40,000 bases of DNA from Enterobacter asburiae (lineage in GTDB: Bacteria; Pseudomonadota; Gammaproteobacteria; Enterobacterales; Enterobacteriaceae), in the NCBI RefSeq assembly GCF_001521715.1, contig NZ_CP011863.1, forward strand, positions 2,133,717-2,173,716, written 5' to 3'. Under the pieces are notes generated by a model, which ran no database searches, had not been told where the DNA came from, and was given only the letters and a program-made list of their open reading frames with translations. Numbering within the stretch: position 1 is the first letter of the stretch; every line of letters starts with the position of its first letter. This document shows, one piece after another, positions 29,085 through 39,063 of the stretch. Position numbers and translations under genes: made by a program.

Positions 29085-30305
29085 TCATACGTTCGTAATA
29101 TTAAGCGCCTTGCGCAGAATAAACGGACAGACAATCAAGAAAGCATATTCTGGGCTAAATATTGACCCGGTAAAAAACAGCGACACCGGAGTAAACAGAT
29201 AAAGCTGAACGCGAAAGTTCTGGTTATCACCAAACGCGTTAATCATCATTTTGAAAACTTTAAACAGATACCACAGGGTCAACAGTACGGCGAACCACGA
29301 AAAATAAATAATTAACAGATACAGACCATTGTCTATGGTTTTACCGACATCCGCACCGTTAAAGATTCCGAATGATGCAACATATTCGTAAAGTGAGCCG
29401 AATCTTACTACCCCATCAATATGGGTTAAGGAATAACCCACCATCACCAGTGGCCCAATGATGCGATAATAGGACGAAGACCCTTCCGTTCCCAAATCAC
29501 CCAGACGTTCTGAGATGTACGGGAAGGCAAATATCACGCCTACCATAAATACCGTCAGGGAGATAATCGCCAGCGGCAGTTTTTTCTTAATCGCATCTTT
29601 GTTCAGGTACTGGAACGCCCACTCCAGCAGGTAAAACAGGATAAATGTCATTACCCCTGAGAACGATCCAGACAGAACAATTCCTGCAAGAATCATAGCA
29701 TCGGTCTTAGGCGTTTTGATACCAAACTGTTTGATGCTGAGCCAAATTGAGATTAACGCCAGAGCGAAAAACGCCGGTTCAAAATAGAGGGCCGTAGTAC
29801 GCTTCCCGCCAAACTTGATGAAGTTCAATACATAGCTGTTACTGTAAATGAGATATTTCGAAATTATCTCCATCAGGCTGCTGCCGCCGGTGAGAATAAT
29901 TTGCGCCATCTCCAGCGCGGCAAGCATAACAATTAACGCAACGGCAATATAAAAGAACCTAAGGATTTTCCGATAATTGTGCGGAGAAATAGTTTTAAAC
30001 CGAATACTCCAGACCATTCCGATAATAATAACAATATAAACAAACAGCATGGTCGAGGTGACGTATTTACTGGCATCCAGCGACTGGCCAAAGATGTAGT
30101 TAAACAGCGTCAGGCCCGTGCCCAGCCCTAAGGCAATCATCAGCTTCTTGAGGTTGATTTTATCGACATACAGCAGAAGCAGAACGGGCAAGAAGGTTAC
30201 GATGGTTATCGGGAAGCTTTCGCCGAGCTGGGCAATTTTGACGTTGACCAGCAGGTAGATCAGCGGCAGCAGCAGATAACTACAGATTCTGATAGAACGA
30301 GACAT
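29085..30305 (-). CDS. wcaD: colanic acid polymerase WcaD
   Basis: 406 aa from MSRSIRICSYLLLPLIYLLVNVKIAQLGESFPITIVTFLP..., matching E. coli WcaD from memory. The 64-codon upstream extension in the track is read-through over the 3' end of wcaC. The true start overlaps wcaC by 26 nt. Confidence 0.92.
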   Translation of the reverse strand: MSRSIRICSYLLLPLIYLLVNVKIAQLGESFPITIVTFLPVLLLLYVDKINLKKLMIALGLGTGLTLFNYIFGQSLDASKYVTSTMLFVYIVIIIGMVWSIRFKTISPHNYRKILRFFYIAVALIVMLAALEMAQIILTGGSSLMEIISKYLIYSNSYVLNFIKFGGKRTTALYFEPAFFALALISIWLSIKQFGIKTPKTDAMILAGIVLSGSFSGVMTFILFYLLEWAFQYLNKDAIKKKLPLAIISLTVFMVGVIFAFPYISERLGDLGTEGSSSYYRIIGPLVMVGYSLTHIDGVVRFGSLYEYVASFGIFNGADVGKTIDNGLYLLIIYFSWFAVLLTLWYLFKVFKMMINAFGDNQNFRVQLYLFTPVSLFFTGSIFSPEYAFLIVCPFILRKALNITNV

Positions 30306-31497
30306 ACTCCTCCAGCATCTGTTGTCCACTGTAGGCCTTGCGGCTGCGGTTGCGGAACGATTCCAGGTCAGTACCAAAAACGATCTCAGCAATCTGCGCC
30401 TTCGGCAGCTGCACCAGGGGCAGGACCTCCTGCTCAGTGAAGGTTTTCCCGCCGGACTTTTCCAGCACTTCACGCGCCGCATCGCTGTGGGTGGCAATCA
30501 CCGGCACGCCGATAGAGAGCGCTTCGCAGAGGATCAGCGGGTAGTTATCCACGCGGGAGCTGAACACCAGGGCGTCCATTTCATTCAGCGCGCTCATCAG
30601 CTTGCGCTTGTCGGTCTCAAACCCGTGGTTCACCACGTTGGCCCCTTCGAACGGTGAAAACTTGCCGAAGGTGTGAAGCTCGATCTTGTCACCCAGCGCC
30701 ATCATGTCGCGCACCAGCTGCTGGTTGGTCTTACCGTCGTAACGCAGGTCATGCGCAACGATAGCGATTTTCGGTTTGCCCGCGGTTTCGGCCACCGGGG
30801 TCAGCTCGGCAAGAATGGCTTCCGTCGCTACGTCGATGCCGTTGTTGATAATCTGACAGCGCCCTGCCCCGTACAGGCTGTTGAAGGCATCGGCTACGTG
30901 CTGGCTCGGGGAGATAAACGTACAGCCGAGCGAGAGCATGTCGCGGAACAGCTGACGCTTTCCGGCCACCAGCTGATGCGCGCGATCCACCTTCACCGGT
31001 GGGTAGTTGCTTAACGTCGGGCACTTCTGGCAGTTATCTTTCCAGCCTTCGCAGCCGTCGGTAAACGCGCAGCGTCCGGTCACGCTCCAGTGATCGTGCA
31101 GCGTCCAGACGAATCGGGTGTCGGGCTTGTGGGTCTGCACCTTCTGGCAAAACGCCACCACCTCTTCCAGATTCAGCCAGTAGCTGTGCAGCACGTGAAA
31201 ATGCAGTACAACCGGGCCCGTGGTGCGGGTAACCGTGCGGTAAAGATTGTTCAGGTTGCCAAACAGATCGCGGTTAAACAGGCGGAACAGCGCAATGTTG
31301 GCAATCGAGGTCAGACGCGGCGTGTGCTTGTGCACCTGCGGGAAATTATCGTGGCTGACGCTTTTCTTGCCGCCTTTGCCGTAGCCGTAAATAAAACGAG
31401 ACTGAAGTCCTTTTTGCAGCGCGCGCTGGTGCAAATCCAGGGCCACGCCTGCCGCTCCGCCTTCTGCGAGGCGTACGTTAAATTGCAGAATGTTCAT
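30280..31497 (-). CDS. wcaC: colanic acid glycosyltransferase WcaC
   Basis: 405 aa: MNILQFNVRLAEGGAAGVALDLHQRALQKG..., a GT-B enzyme collinear with WcaC. Confidence 0.94.
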   Translation of the reverse strand: MNILQFNVRLAEGGAAGVALDLHQRALQKGLQSRFIYGYGKGGKKSVSHDNFPQVHKHTPRLTSIANIALFRLFNRDLFGNLNNLYRTVTRTTGPVVLHFHVLHSYWLNLEEVVAFCQKVQTHKPDTRFVWTLHDHWSVTGRCAFTDGCEGWKDNCQKCPTLSNYPPVKVDRAHQLVAGKRQLFRDMLSLGCTFISPSQHVADAFNSLYGAGRCQIINNGIDVATEAILAELTPVAETAGKPKIAIVAHDLRYDGKTNQQLVRDMMALGDKIELHTFGKFSPFEGANVVNHGFETDKRKLMSALNEMDALVFSSRVDNYPLILCEALSIGVPVIATHSDAAREVLEKSGGKTFTEQEVLPLVQLPKAQIAEIVFGTDLESFRNRSRKAYSGQQMLEEYVSFYQNL

Positions 31498-31985
31498 TTA
31501 ATCACCTTCACGCGGGCTTTTTCTCCCACCACCAGCGCGTTATCCGGAATGCTGTCCAGCACCACGCTGCCAGCACCAATCGTGACGTTATTACCAATCG
31601 TAATGTCACCGATGATCACCACGTTCGCCCCCAGCTCGACGTTATTGCCAATGACCGGGCAGGCCAGGCTGTCAGGCCCGCGGTTGCCAATGGTGACCGC
31701 ATGACGAATGGTGAAATCATCCCCGGCGACCACGAACTTGTTGATCACCACCGCATAGCCGTGATGGATGGTAAAGCGGCGGCCAATGGTGGCAGCGGCC
31801 TGAATTTCATAGCCAAAAAAGCATTCGGTGATGATGCGGTACAGCACCAGCACGGGTGCCGCCCAGATATTGTTCAGCACGTTTTTCTTACGCCACACCG
31901 AGCAAAAGTGCGCGATGCGGTACGCCAGAACCATGCAGCACGGACGCAGGCTCCAGCCGTTAGCGCGGCAATCTTCCAGAAACAT
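31494..31985 (-). CDS. wcaB: colanic acid O-acetyltransferase WcaB (CysE-like)
   Basis: 163 aa: ...WSLRPCCMVLAYRIAHFCSVWRKKNVLNNIWAAPVLVLYRIITECFFGYEIQAAATIGRRFTIHHG... Confidence 0.94.
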   Translation of the reverse strand: MFLEDCRANGWSLRPCCMVLAYRIAHFCSVWRKKNVLNNIWAAPVLVLYRIITECFFGYEIQAAATIGRRFTIHHGYAVVINKFVVAGDDFTIRHAVTIGNRGPDSLACPVIGNNVELGANVVIIGDITIGNNVTIGAGSVVLDSIPDNALVVGEKARVKVIK

Positions 31986-32827
31986 TATTTCCCCCGAAGT
32001 CCATCAGCCAGGCGTTTGCCGTTACGCACGGACAGCAGCGTCAGCAGCGTGCGCCAGTTCATGCGCTTATTGCGGATCTGATAGAGGGTAAAGAGCTGAT
32101 ATTTACGGCTGGCACGGTCAAACTTGTCCTTGTGCTTGCGGTAAAAATGGAAGTAGCCGGAGAACTTTTTCGGCGAGGAGGTGATTTGCATCTCCCCGTG
32201 GTTGATATGCAGGATCTGCGTGGCCTCTTCCACTTTCCACGGCTCGCCGTATTCCACCACCATGCGCAGGAAGATATCGTAATCCTGCGCGGCCTTGAGT
32301 TCGGTATCGAACAGGCACTCTTTGAAACGCCACGCCCAAGTGAAGACCTGGTTACCAATAATGTTGCGCTTGTAGAACAGGCGGCGAGAGTACGGTGATT
32401 TCGGATACAGCGGCAGGCTCGCGGGCTGCGAGTAAACCTCGCCCTGGCAGACATAGTCGTTGGCATACAGGAAAGCGTGCGTGACCAGCTGTTCTTTATG
32501 CGACAGGAAGATAGACAGGCGGTTCGGCGTCCATTCGTCATCGTCGTCGATCCCGGTCAGATACTGCCCTTTGGCCTGCATAATCGCCTGATTACGCACC
32601 GCACATGCGCCGGAGTTAATGGCGTTATGCGTATAGACCACCCGCGGGTCGTTGAGGTCAGTCACAAACTTTTGCAGCTGTTCATACGAGGAAGAGCAGT
32701 CATCAACGATGATCAGCTCCCAGTTATCGTAATCCTGTCGCAGGACGGATTTGATTGCGCGGATCGCCAGCTGCTGACGATTCCATGTCGGCATATAGAT
32801 TGAAACTAAAGGGCGTTGTGTGGTCAT
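31985..32827 (-). CDS. wcaA: colanic acid glycosyltransferase WcaA (GT2)
   Basis: From MTTQRPLVSIYMPTWNRQQLAIRAIKSVLRQDYDNWELIIVDDCS... The ATG at 32825-32827 is preceded by AAGGGGAAG. The 7-codon extension in the track is rejected. Confidence 0.93.
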   Translation of the reverse strand: MTTQRPLVSIYMPTWNRQQLAIRAIKSVLRQDYDNWELIIVDDCSSSYEQLQKFVTDLNDPRVVYTHNAINSGACAVRNQAIMQAKGQYLTGIDDDDEWTPNRLSIFLSHKEQLVTHAFLYANDYVCQGEVYSQPASLPLYPKSPYSRRLFYKRNIIGNQVFTWAWRFKECLFDTELKAAQDYDIFLRMVVEYGEPWKVEEATQILHINHGEMQITSSPKKFSGYFHFYRKHKDKFDRASRKYQLFTLYQIRNKRMNWRTLLTLLSVRNGKRLADGLRGK

Positions 32828-32841
32828 GGTCTTCCCCTTAT

Positions 32842-32918
32842 CCCTCACCCCGCCCCTCTCCCGGAGGGAGAGGGAGAAAGCTGCTCTCCCCTCTGGGGAG
32901 AGGGTTAGGGTGAGGGGG
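32842..32918. repeat. G-rich nested-palindrome intergenic repeat (boxC-like), inverted pair of units
   Basis: CCCTCACCCcgCCCCTCTCCCggaGGGAGAGGG-agaaagctg-CTCTCCCCTCTGGGGAGAGGGttaGGGTGAGGGGG. Same architecture as 20933-21014. Occupies nearly the whole 95-nt wzc-wcaA spacer. Confidence 0.8.
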
Positions 32919-32922
32919 ATTT

Positions 32923-35085
32923 TTATTTGCTGTCAGATTTATATTCGTACTCGTAATAGCCGTAATCCTGGTACCCGGTCGCGCGGCGGAAGATGGAGTT
33001 CAGGATCACCCCTTTCACCTCAATGCCGTTCTGCTCGAAGCGGCTCAGGCTGGTTTCCACCTCTTTCAGGGTGTTCACCGCGTAACGCGCCACCATCAGC
33101 GTGGTGCCCGCATGGCGGCCAACAACGGCCGCGTCGGTCACGGCCAGAATTGGCGGCGTATCGATCAGCACCAGGTCGTAGTTTTTGCTCGCCCACTCCA
33201 CCAGCTCGGTGAAGCGTTCGCTCATCAGCAGCTCGGACGGGTTAGGCGGTACCTGACCGCGTGGGATCAGGTCAAATTTCGGCACCGTTGTAGGTTTCGC
33301 GCTCTGGCTGATTTCACCTTTGCCGAGCAGGATTTCCGACAGACCGTTAACGTTGTTGGTACCCAGCAGCTCATGGGTGTAGCCCTTACGCATATCGCAG
33401 TCGATCAGCAGCACGCGCTTGTTGGTCTGGCTGACCACGGCCGCCAGGTTGGCGCAGACGAAGGTTTTACCGATTGACGGGCTCACGCCGGTTAACATCA
33501 GGACGTTGTTTTTGGCCTGCATCATGGCGAAGTGCAGACTGGTACGCAGGCTACGGATCGCTTCGATGGCGAGGTCGGTCGGGTTACCCACCGCCAGAAG
33601 CTGGCTCTGTTTGTAACGCTTGACGCCCTTGATGGTTTTGACGCTGTCACGGGATTTTTGCCATTCAGACAGCGGAATGCTGGCATAGACGTTGATACCG
33701 CTCTCTTCCAGAACCTGCGGGCTTTCGATGCCGCGGTTGAACAGCGAACGCAGCAGCACGCCCACGATGGAGAGCATCAGGCCGAGAATAATGCTGCCGA
33801 GAATAATCAGCGCTTTCTTCGGCTTCAGCACCCCAGGCTGGGTAATGGCCGGGTCGACGATGCGCACGTCACCGACGGTACTGGCTTCGGTGATTTTCAG
33901 CTCCTGCTGCTTGTTCAGCAGCTGCATGTAAACCTGCTGTCCTGACTCCACGTCGCGGGTCAGACGCACAATCTCCTGCTGCGTTTTCGGCATCGCGGTC
34001 ACGCGGTCATTGAGCTTCGCCTTCTCCTCTTCCAGCGTGCGGCGTTTCTCCAGCAGCGTGCGGTAGGCCGGGTGACGTTTGGTATAAAGCTTGGAAATCT
34101 CCGCCTCTTTGAAGGTCAGCTCGTTGAGCTGCGCATCAATGTTGACCATCGAATCGAGGACCGATTTCGCTTCAAGCGGCAGGTCAACGGAGTCTTTATC
34201 CTGACGGTAGGCGTTCAGCTTGTTCTCGGCATCATCCAGATGGGCGCGCACTTCCGGGAGCTGTTTGGCGAGGAAGGCCAGGCTTTTCGCCGCTTCCGCC
34301 GACTTACGCTCAACGTTCTGCTCAAGATAGTTGCGGGTAATGCTGTTCAGGATGTCGCGGATTTGATCCTTATCTTCACCGGTAAAGGTCATGCTCAGCA
34401 CGCCGGTGTCCTTACCGTTTTCGGTGACGGTCAGGTTATTTTGCAGATTGTTGATCATCCCCAGCGTGGAGAATTTGGTGACGGTGAATTCACCGCCCTC
34501 CTGGGCGTTAATCGCGCTGACCATCATGCTGACGCCGTCTTTGGTCAGCATCTGCCCCACTTCACCGCGGGCGCTAAAGCCTGCGTCGCTGGTTAGCTGG
34601 TACTGTTTCGGGCCAAGCACCTTCAGGGTAAACGTCTGATCGGCCGCCCCTTTCGGCAGCACGAAGTCAGTGACTTTTACCGTGTCGTTGCTTCGTCCCA
34701 TCAGCCGATCCCAACCGGCACCAAAGACTGGGAAGGTATTCTTGGTGACGGAGATATCGAGCCCGAGGTCGTGAACCGTTTTACCCAGCACCAGGCGTGA
34801 CTGGATGAGCTGAATTTCGGCGTCGGATGCCGGCGGCTTGTTCGCCAGCGCGGAACCAATGTCCTGCACCAGCGAGTTGCCGGTATTCTGCTCGATCTGC
34901 ACCAGCGCGTCGGCGCTGTAGATAGGGGTGGCGAACAGCGTATAGACGACGGCCGCCGCGGCGAACACGGCGGTAATGCCCAGCACCCACCACTTTGCCT
35001 CTACAACAGTGCCGACCAGGCGCCCAATATCAATTTCATCACTGCCCGAAGTCGGGGCGGCAGAAGGTCTTGTTTTTTCTGTCAT
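32923..35085 (-). CDS. wzc: tyrosine autokinase / polysaccharide co-polymerase Wzc
   Basis: 720 aa from MTEKTRPSAAP... Walker A GVSPSIGKTF and the C-terminal Tyr cluster YQDYGYYEYEYKSDSK. ATG 35083-35085 follows an AGGGA SD and lies 2 nt after the wzb stop. Confidence 0.95.
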   Translation of the reverse strand: MTEKTRPSAAPTSGSDEIDIGRLVGTVVEAKWWVLGITAVFAAAAVVYTLFATPIYSADALVQIEQNTGNSLVQDIGSALANKPPASDAEIQLIQSRLVLGKTVHDLGLDISVTKNTFPVFGAGWDRLMGRSNDTVKVTDFVLPKGAADQTFTLKVLGPKQYQLTSDAGFSARGEVGQMLTKDGVSMMVSAINAQEGGEFTVTKFSTLGMINNLQNNLTVTENGKDTGVLSMTFTGEDKDQIRDILNSITRNYLEQNVERKSAEAAKSLAFLAKQLPEVRAHLDDAENKLNAYRQDKDSVDLPLEAKSVLDSMVNIDAQLNELTFKEAEISKLYTKRHPAYRTLLEKRRTLEEEKAKLNDRVTAMPKTQQEIVRLTRDVESGQQVYMQLLNKQQELKITEASTVGDVRIVDPAITQPGVLKPKKALIILGSIILGLMLSIVGVLLRSLFNRGIESPQVLEESGINVYASIPLSEWQKSRDSVKTIKGVKRYKQSQLLAVGNPTDLAIEAIRSLRTSLHFAMMQAKNNVLMLTGVSPSIGKTFVCANLAAVVSQTNKRVLLIDCDMRKGYTHELLGTNNVNGLSEILLGKGEISQSAKPTTVPKFDLIPRGQVPPNPSELLMSERFTELVEWASKNYDLVLIDTPPILAVTDAAVVGRHAGTTLMVARYAVNTLKEVETSLSRFEQNGIEVKGVILNSIFRRATGYQDYGYYEYEYKSDSK

Positions 35086-35087
35086 TG

Positions 35088-35531
35088 TTATCCCTGCTGA
35101 ACTTTCAGTGCCTGCGCCCACTGTTGGGCAGACTGGTCAAGTAAGGTGTAAACCGCCTCAAAGGCCTCATGGCTTTTGCGATACGGATCGGGGATTTCAC
35201 GTTCATTGTCCCAGTGACCAAACAGCATCACTTTGCCGCGCATCTCCGGAGCGATATCGCACAGCGCATGAATATGGCGTTTTTCCATCGTCAGGATCAG
35301 GTCATACTCCCGGCACATGCGGCCAGTGACCTGGCGGGCCACGTGGCCGTCGAGAGAGAGGTGATGATCCCGCGCCACGCTCGTTGCGCGCTCATCGGCA
35401 CCTTTACCGACCAGTGCACCCAGCCCTGCCGAATCAACGGTCAGTTCGGGCTGGTAGTGTTTCAACAACCGTTCAGCCGTAGGGGAACGGCAAATGTTCC
35501 CCACGCATACCACCAGAATTTTGTTAAACAT
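35088..35531 (-). CDS. wzb: low-molecular-weight protein-tyrosine phosphatase Wzb
   Basis: 147 aa: MFNKILVVCVGNICRSPTAERLL (CX5R(S/T) P-loop). Confidence 0.95.
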   Translation of the reverse strand: MFNKILVVCVGNICRSPTAERLLKHYQPELTVDSAGLGALVGKGADERATSVARDHHLSLDGHVARQVTGRMCREYDLILTMEKRHIHALCDIAPEMRGKVMLFGHWDNEREIPDPYRKSHEAFEAVYTLLDQSAQQWAQALKVQQG

Positions 35532-35537
35532 CGCGGA

Positions 35538-36677
35538 TTACCAGGTATGAATGTCGCGCGCCGTATCCGTCATGTAGCGAACGCCACTGATGGTTGGCAG
35601 CAACTGGTTGATCAGACGGTTCCAGCGGGCAACCGGCGCGGTGGTGACGTACACCACATCGTATGGCTGGAGACGGAACTCCGTTGCCATCACCAGAGAG
35701 GTCGCATCGGACATATCCAGCTGGTAGATGTTGGCAATCTTGCCTTTCGCACTGCCCTCACCTTTCAGCGGACGGATAACGAAGATGCCGGTCGCGTTAG
35801 AGGTCGTCAGATCGATACCCTCAGCATTGCCCAGCGCTTCGGTCAGCGTCATACCGCTGAAGTCCATTTTGAGGGTGCTCTGTTTCTTCACTTCACCCAT
35901 CACGAAGACTTTCAGATCGTCATTGCGCGGCACGTAGAGAATGTCGCCCGGATAGAGCAGGCGGTTCTGGGTCAGATCGCCGTTTTGCATCAGCGCCTGC
36001 AGCGAAATGCGCTGCTCCTTCCCGTTGTGGGTGAGCACGACGTTGCGCCAGTCGGCTCCGTCGGTTAACCCACCCGCGGCGTTGATGGCATCCAGTACGG
36101 TCAGAGGAACGTTGGTGATGGCCTGCTGGCCGGATTTGTTCACCTGTCCAGAGATATAGGCTTTTTGCGAGCGGAATGCGGCGATATTAACGTCCACCTG
36201 CGGATCGGCGATGTACTGCGCTAAGCGGCCGGTAATATCACTACGGATCTCGGCAAGCGTTTTCCCTGCAACATGGACTTTACCAATGTAGGGATAGAAC
36301 ATGGTGCCATCTGACTGCACCCAGTTACCGGTGTCGCTTGAGCTGCGGTACTGGCCCGCTGGCGTGGTCAGTTCAGGGTGGTCCCAGACGGTCACGTTGA
36401 TCACGTCACCCGGCCCCACGCGGTACTGGTAGGACGCAATTTCCTGGTCCAGTGACATATTTGGCTGGGCAACATTCGGACGTGGACGTAATTGTTCGAC
36501 CAGACGAGGCGTTAGTGGATAAACATTCACCATTTTGTCGAGATCAAAATCGGCATCCTGTTGCTTGATCACATCCTTACCCATTGTTGACATATTGCTG
36601 CCGGGAAAGACCGTGCAACCACTCATCAAGGTCACAGACACCAATAATGGCATCAATTTCATTTTGGATTTCATCAT
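35538..36677 (-). CDS. wza: outer-membrane polysaccharide export lipoprotein Wza
   Basis: 379 aa: [21 protein letters not shown] (lipobox), then sequence almost collinear with E. coli Wza from memory. Confidence 0.96.
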   Translation of the reverse strand: MMKSKMKLMPLLVSVTLMSGCTVFPGSNMSTMGKDVIKQQDADFDLDKMVNVYPLTPRLVEQLRPRPNVAQPNMSLDQEIASYQYRVGPGDVINVTVWDHPELTTPAGQYRSSSDTGNWVQSDGTMFYPYIGKVHVAGKTLAEIRSDITGRLAQYIADPQVDVNIAAFRSQKAYISGQVNKSGQQAITNVPLTVLDAINAAGGLTDGADWRNVVLTHNGKEQRISLQALMQNGDLTQNRLLYPGDILYVPRNDDLKVFVMGEVKKQSTLKMDFSGMTLTEALGNAEGIDLTTSNATGIFVIRPLKGEGSAKGKIANIYQLDMSDATSLVMATEFRLQPYDVVYVTTAPVARWNRLINQLLPTISGVRYMTDTARDIHTW

Positions 36678-36855
36678 TGATTATTTATCACTTTGGCAGA
36701 GTAATTATCCTGTGCAATTTAAATAAGCTCGAGTCGTATTGGGTTTCAGCATGCAGTTAATCAAATAGAAATATAACTGGCATCAGTCCTAAAAAAAGCT
36801 TATTCATCCATTGGCTATTGACAGAATAATCGAGGCTGATTCACACGCTTTCAGG

Positions 36856-36894
36856 CACGCTACCGCCCTTGGCTTTTCAGTTACCAATCCACTG
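36856..36894 (-). promoter_or_regulatory. JUMPstart element with ops site in the wza 5' leader
   Basis: The minus strand reads CAGTGGATTGGTAACTGAAAAGCCAAGGGCGGTAGCGTG, with ops GGCGGTAGCGTG at 36856-36867. About 180 nt upstream of the wza ATG. Confidence 0.88.
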
Positions 36895-37135
36895 ACTAAA
36901 CAATGTGTTATGGATAGACACCCTCTTGAGCAAGGTCTTCTGGATATATATCAGTCGCTTGAGAAACCCGACGGATAATGAATAACCACCCCTGAAGACC
37001 GAACATTAATAGCAACACCGAGATTTAACATTTGATGCTGGGAGAATTGTTGCAGCTAACCTAATAGCAGGCAAGGAGACAACTGTCCTAATATTGGTTT
37101 TTAAGATTAATATTAAGAGCAAATTTTTGACCTTT

Positions 37136-37149
37136 TAGGAATTTCTTTA
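37136..37149 (-). promoter_or_regulatory. candidate RcsAB box upstream of the wza promoter
   Basis: The minus strand reads TAAAGAAATTCCTA, 11/14 matches to the RcsAB-box consensus TaAGaatatTCctA as I recall it. About 240 nt upstream of the JUMPstart and ~460 nt upstream of the wza ATG. Motif match only. Confidence 0.35.
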
Positions 37150-37370
37150 TATTGACAAAATGAGAGTAAAAATCATCACCTGCGATATATCCTAAAATGC
37201 CTTCATTGTAATTAAATATACGTATTTCGCTTATTTACACCCTATTGAGAATGCTCTCTTTTTTACCCGTCGTATTAAGAGAAATCTCAGCCCGCCATTG
37301 CAATTTCCCCCAGCTTTATCCATGATCGAAGTGTGACATTCGTCATATAACAGAAGGTATTGCTATTACT

Positions 37371-38954
37371 ATGGAATGGATTGCCGATCCCTCAATCTGG
37401 GCCGGGCTGGTTACGCTGGTCGTCATCGAGCTCGTGCTCGGGATTGATAATCTGGTCTTTATCGCCATCCTCGCTGAAAAACTGCCCCCTTCCCAGCGCG
37501 ACCGCGCGCGCGTGACGGGTCTGCTGCTGGCGATGGTGATGCGTTTACTGCTGCTGGCCTCTATCTCCTGGCTAGTGACGCTCACTCAGCCTCTGTTCTC
37601 CATTCACGGCCTGAGTTTTAGCGCCCGCGATCTGATCATGCTCTTCGGCGGGTTGTTCCTGCTGTTCAAAGCCACGGTAGAGCTCAACGAGCGGCTGGAG
37701 GGCAAAGACAGCGAGAACCCGACCCAGCGCCGCGGAGCGAAATTCTGGCCGGTGGTGGCGCAAATCGTGGTGCTGGATGCGGTCTTTTCTCTCGACTCGG
37801 TGATCACCGCCGTCGGGATGGTGGACCACCTTGCGGTGATGATGGCCGCGGTGATCATTGCCATCACGCTGATGGTCATGGCCAGCAAGGCGCTGACCCG
37901 CTTTGTGAACAGTCACCCGACCATCGTGATCCTCTGCCTGAGCTTCCTGCTGATGATTGGCTTTAGCCTGGTGGCCGACGGTTTTGGCTTCCATATTCCG
38001 AAAGGTTACCTGTACGCCGCCATCGGCTTCTCGGTCATGATTGAAGCGCTCAACCAGCTGGCGATATTTAACCGCCGCCGCTTCCTGTCCGCGAATCAGA
38101 CCCTGCGTCAGCGCACGGCCGACACGGTTATGCGCCTGCTAAGCGGTAAGAAAGAGGATGCGGAGCTGGATGCCGAATCCTCCGCCATGCTGGCCGATCA
38201 CAGCGACGGGCTGATCTTCGACCCGCAGGAACGACGGATGATCGAGCGGGTGCTCAATCTGAACCAGCGGACGGTCAGCAGCATCATGACCTCGCGGCAT
38301 GACATTGAGCATATCGACCTGACGGCACCGGAAGAGCACATTCGCGCCCTGCTGGATAAAAACCAGCACACCCGCGTGGTGGTGACCGGCGGTGAAGAGG
38401 AAGAAGAGCTGCTGGGCGTGGTGCATGTTATTGACCTGCTCCAGCAGCAGCTGCACGGCGAGGCGCTCAATGTGCGCGTCCTGGTCCGCCAGCCGCTGGT
38501 TTTCCCGGAGGGACTACCGCTGCTTTCCGCCCTTGAGCAATTCCGTAACGCGCGCACGCACTTTGCCTTTGTGGTGGATGAGTTTGGTTCGGTGGAAGGA
38601 CTGGTCACGCTCAGCGACGTCATGGAAACCATTGCCGGTAATCTGCCTAACGAGGTGGATGAGATTGACGCCCGCCATGATATTCAGAAAAACGCAGACG
38701 GTTCGTGGACGGCTAACGGCCATATGCCGCTGGAAGACCTGGTGCAATACGTGCCGCTGCCGCTGGATGAAAAACGGGAATATCACACTATTGCCGGTCT
38801 GCTGATGGAGTATTTGCAGCGTATCCCGCAGCCGGGGGAAGAAGTTCAGGTTGGCGACTATCTGCTCAAAACGCTGCAGATTGAAAACCATCGCGTGCAG
38901 AAGGTTCAGCTCATTCCGCTGCGGGATGAGGAAGAACTGGATTTTGAGGTTTAG
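37371..38954 (+). CDS. yegH: TerC-family inner-membrane protein with CBS pair and CorC/HlyC C-terminal domain (YegH)
   Basis: 527 aa: [40 protein letters not shown]..., collinear with E. coli YegH from memory. Conserved position between wza and asmA. Confidence 0.94.
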   Translation: MEWIADPSIWAGLVTLVVIELVLGIDNLVFIAILAEKLPPSQRDRARVTGLLLAMVMRLLLLASISWLVTLTQPLFSIHGLSFSARDLIMLFGGLFLLFKATVELNERLEGKDSENPTQRRGAKFWPVVAQIVVLDAVFSLDSVITAVGMVDHLAVMMAAVIIAITLMVMASKALTRFVNSHPTIVILCLSFLLMIGFSLVADGFGFHIPKGYLYAAIGFSVMIEALNQLAIFNRRRFLSANQTLRQRTADTVMRLLSGKKEDAELDAESSAMLADHSDGLIFDPQERRMIERVLNLNQRTVSSIMTSRHDIEHIDLTAPEEHIRALLDKNQHTRVVVTGGEEEEELLGVVHVIDLLQQQLHGEALNVRVLVRQPLVFPEGLPLLSALEQFRNARTHFAFVVDEFGSVEGLVTLSDVMETIAGNLPNEVDEIDARHDIQKNADGSWTANGHMPLEDLVQYVPLPLDEKREYHTIAGLLMEYLQRIPQPGEEVQVGDYLLKTLQIENHRVQKVQLIPLRDEEELDFEV

Positions 38955-38961
38955 GTAAAAC

Positions 38962-38987
38962 AAAACGGCAACCCGGTTGCCGTTTTT
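38962..38987. terminator. bidirectional rho-independent terminator between convergent yegH and asmA
   Basis: AAAACGGCAAC-ccg-GTTGCCGTTTT: a GC-rich 8-bp core stem extended by A-T pairs, with T-runs on both strands. Starts 8 nt after the yegH stop. Confidence 0.75.
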
Positions 38988-38997
38988 AGTGTTTGCT

Positions 38998-39029
38998 CCC
39001 TCTCCCGTGGGAGAGGGCCGGGGTGAGGG
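38998..39029. repeat. solo unit of the G-rich palindromic repeat family
   Basis: CCCTCTCCCgtGGGAGAGGGccGGGGTGAGGG. This is a single unit matching the half-elements at 20979-21014 and 32886-32918. Confidence 0.75.
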
Positions 39030-39063
39030 CATCAGGCCGCAACGCCACCCGGCGCAACGGACA

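Noticed and set aside
36535-37585. Small ORFs bordering the wza-yegH control region (36535-36726 plus strand, 63 aa; 37343-37585 minus strand, 80 aa).
   Set aside because: Each mostly overlaps a real gene (wza, yegH) in antisense, has no SD, and has an unremarkable translation.
20933-39029. Recurrent GGGTGAGGG/GGGAGAGGG repeats, considered as a CRISPR array or mobile-element ends.
   Set aside because: The copies are dispersed at three loci many kb apart, are internally palindromic, and have no regular spacer periodicity. No cas, transposase or target-site duplications are present. They fit a REP/boxC-type intergenic repeat instead.
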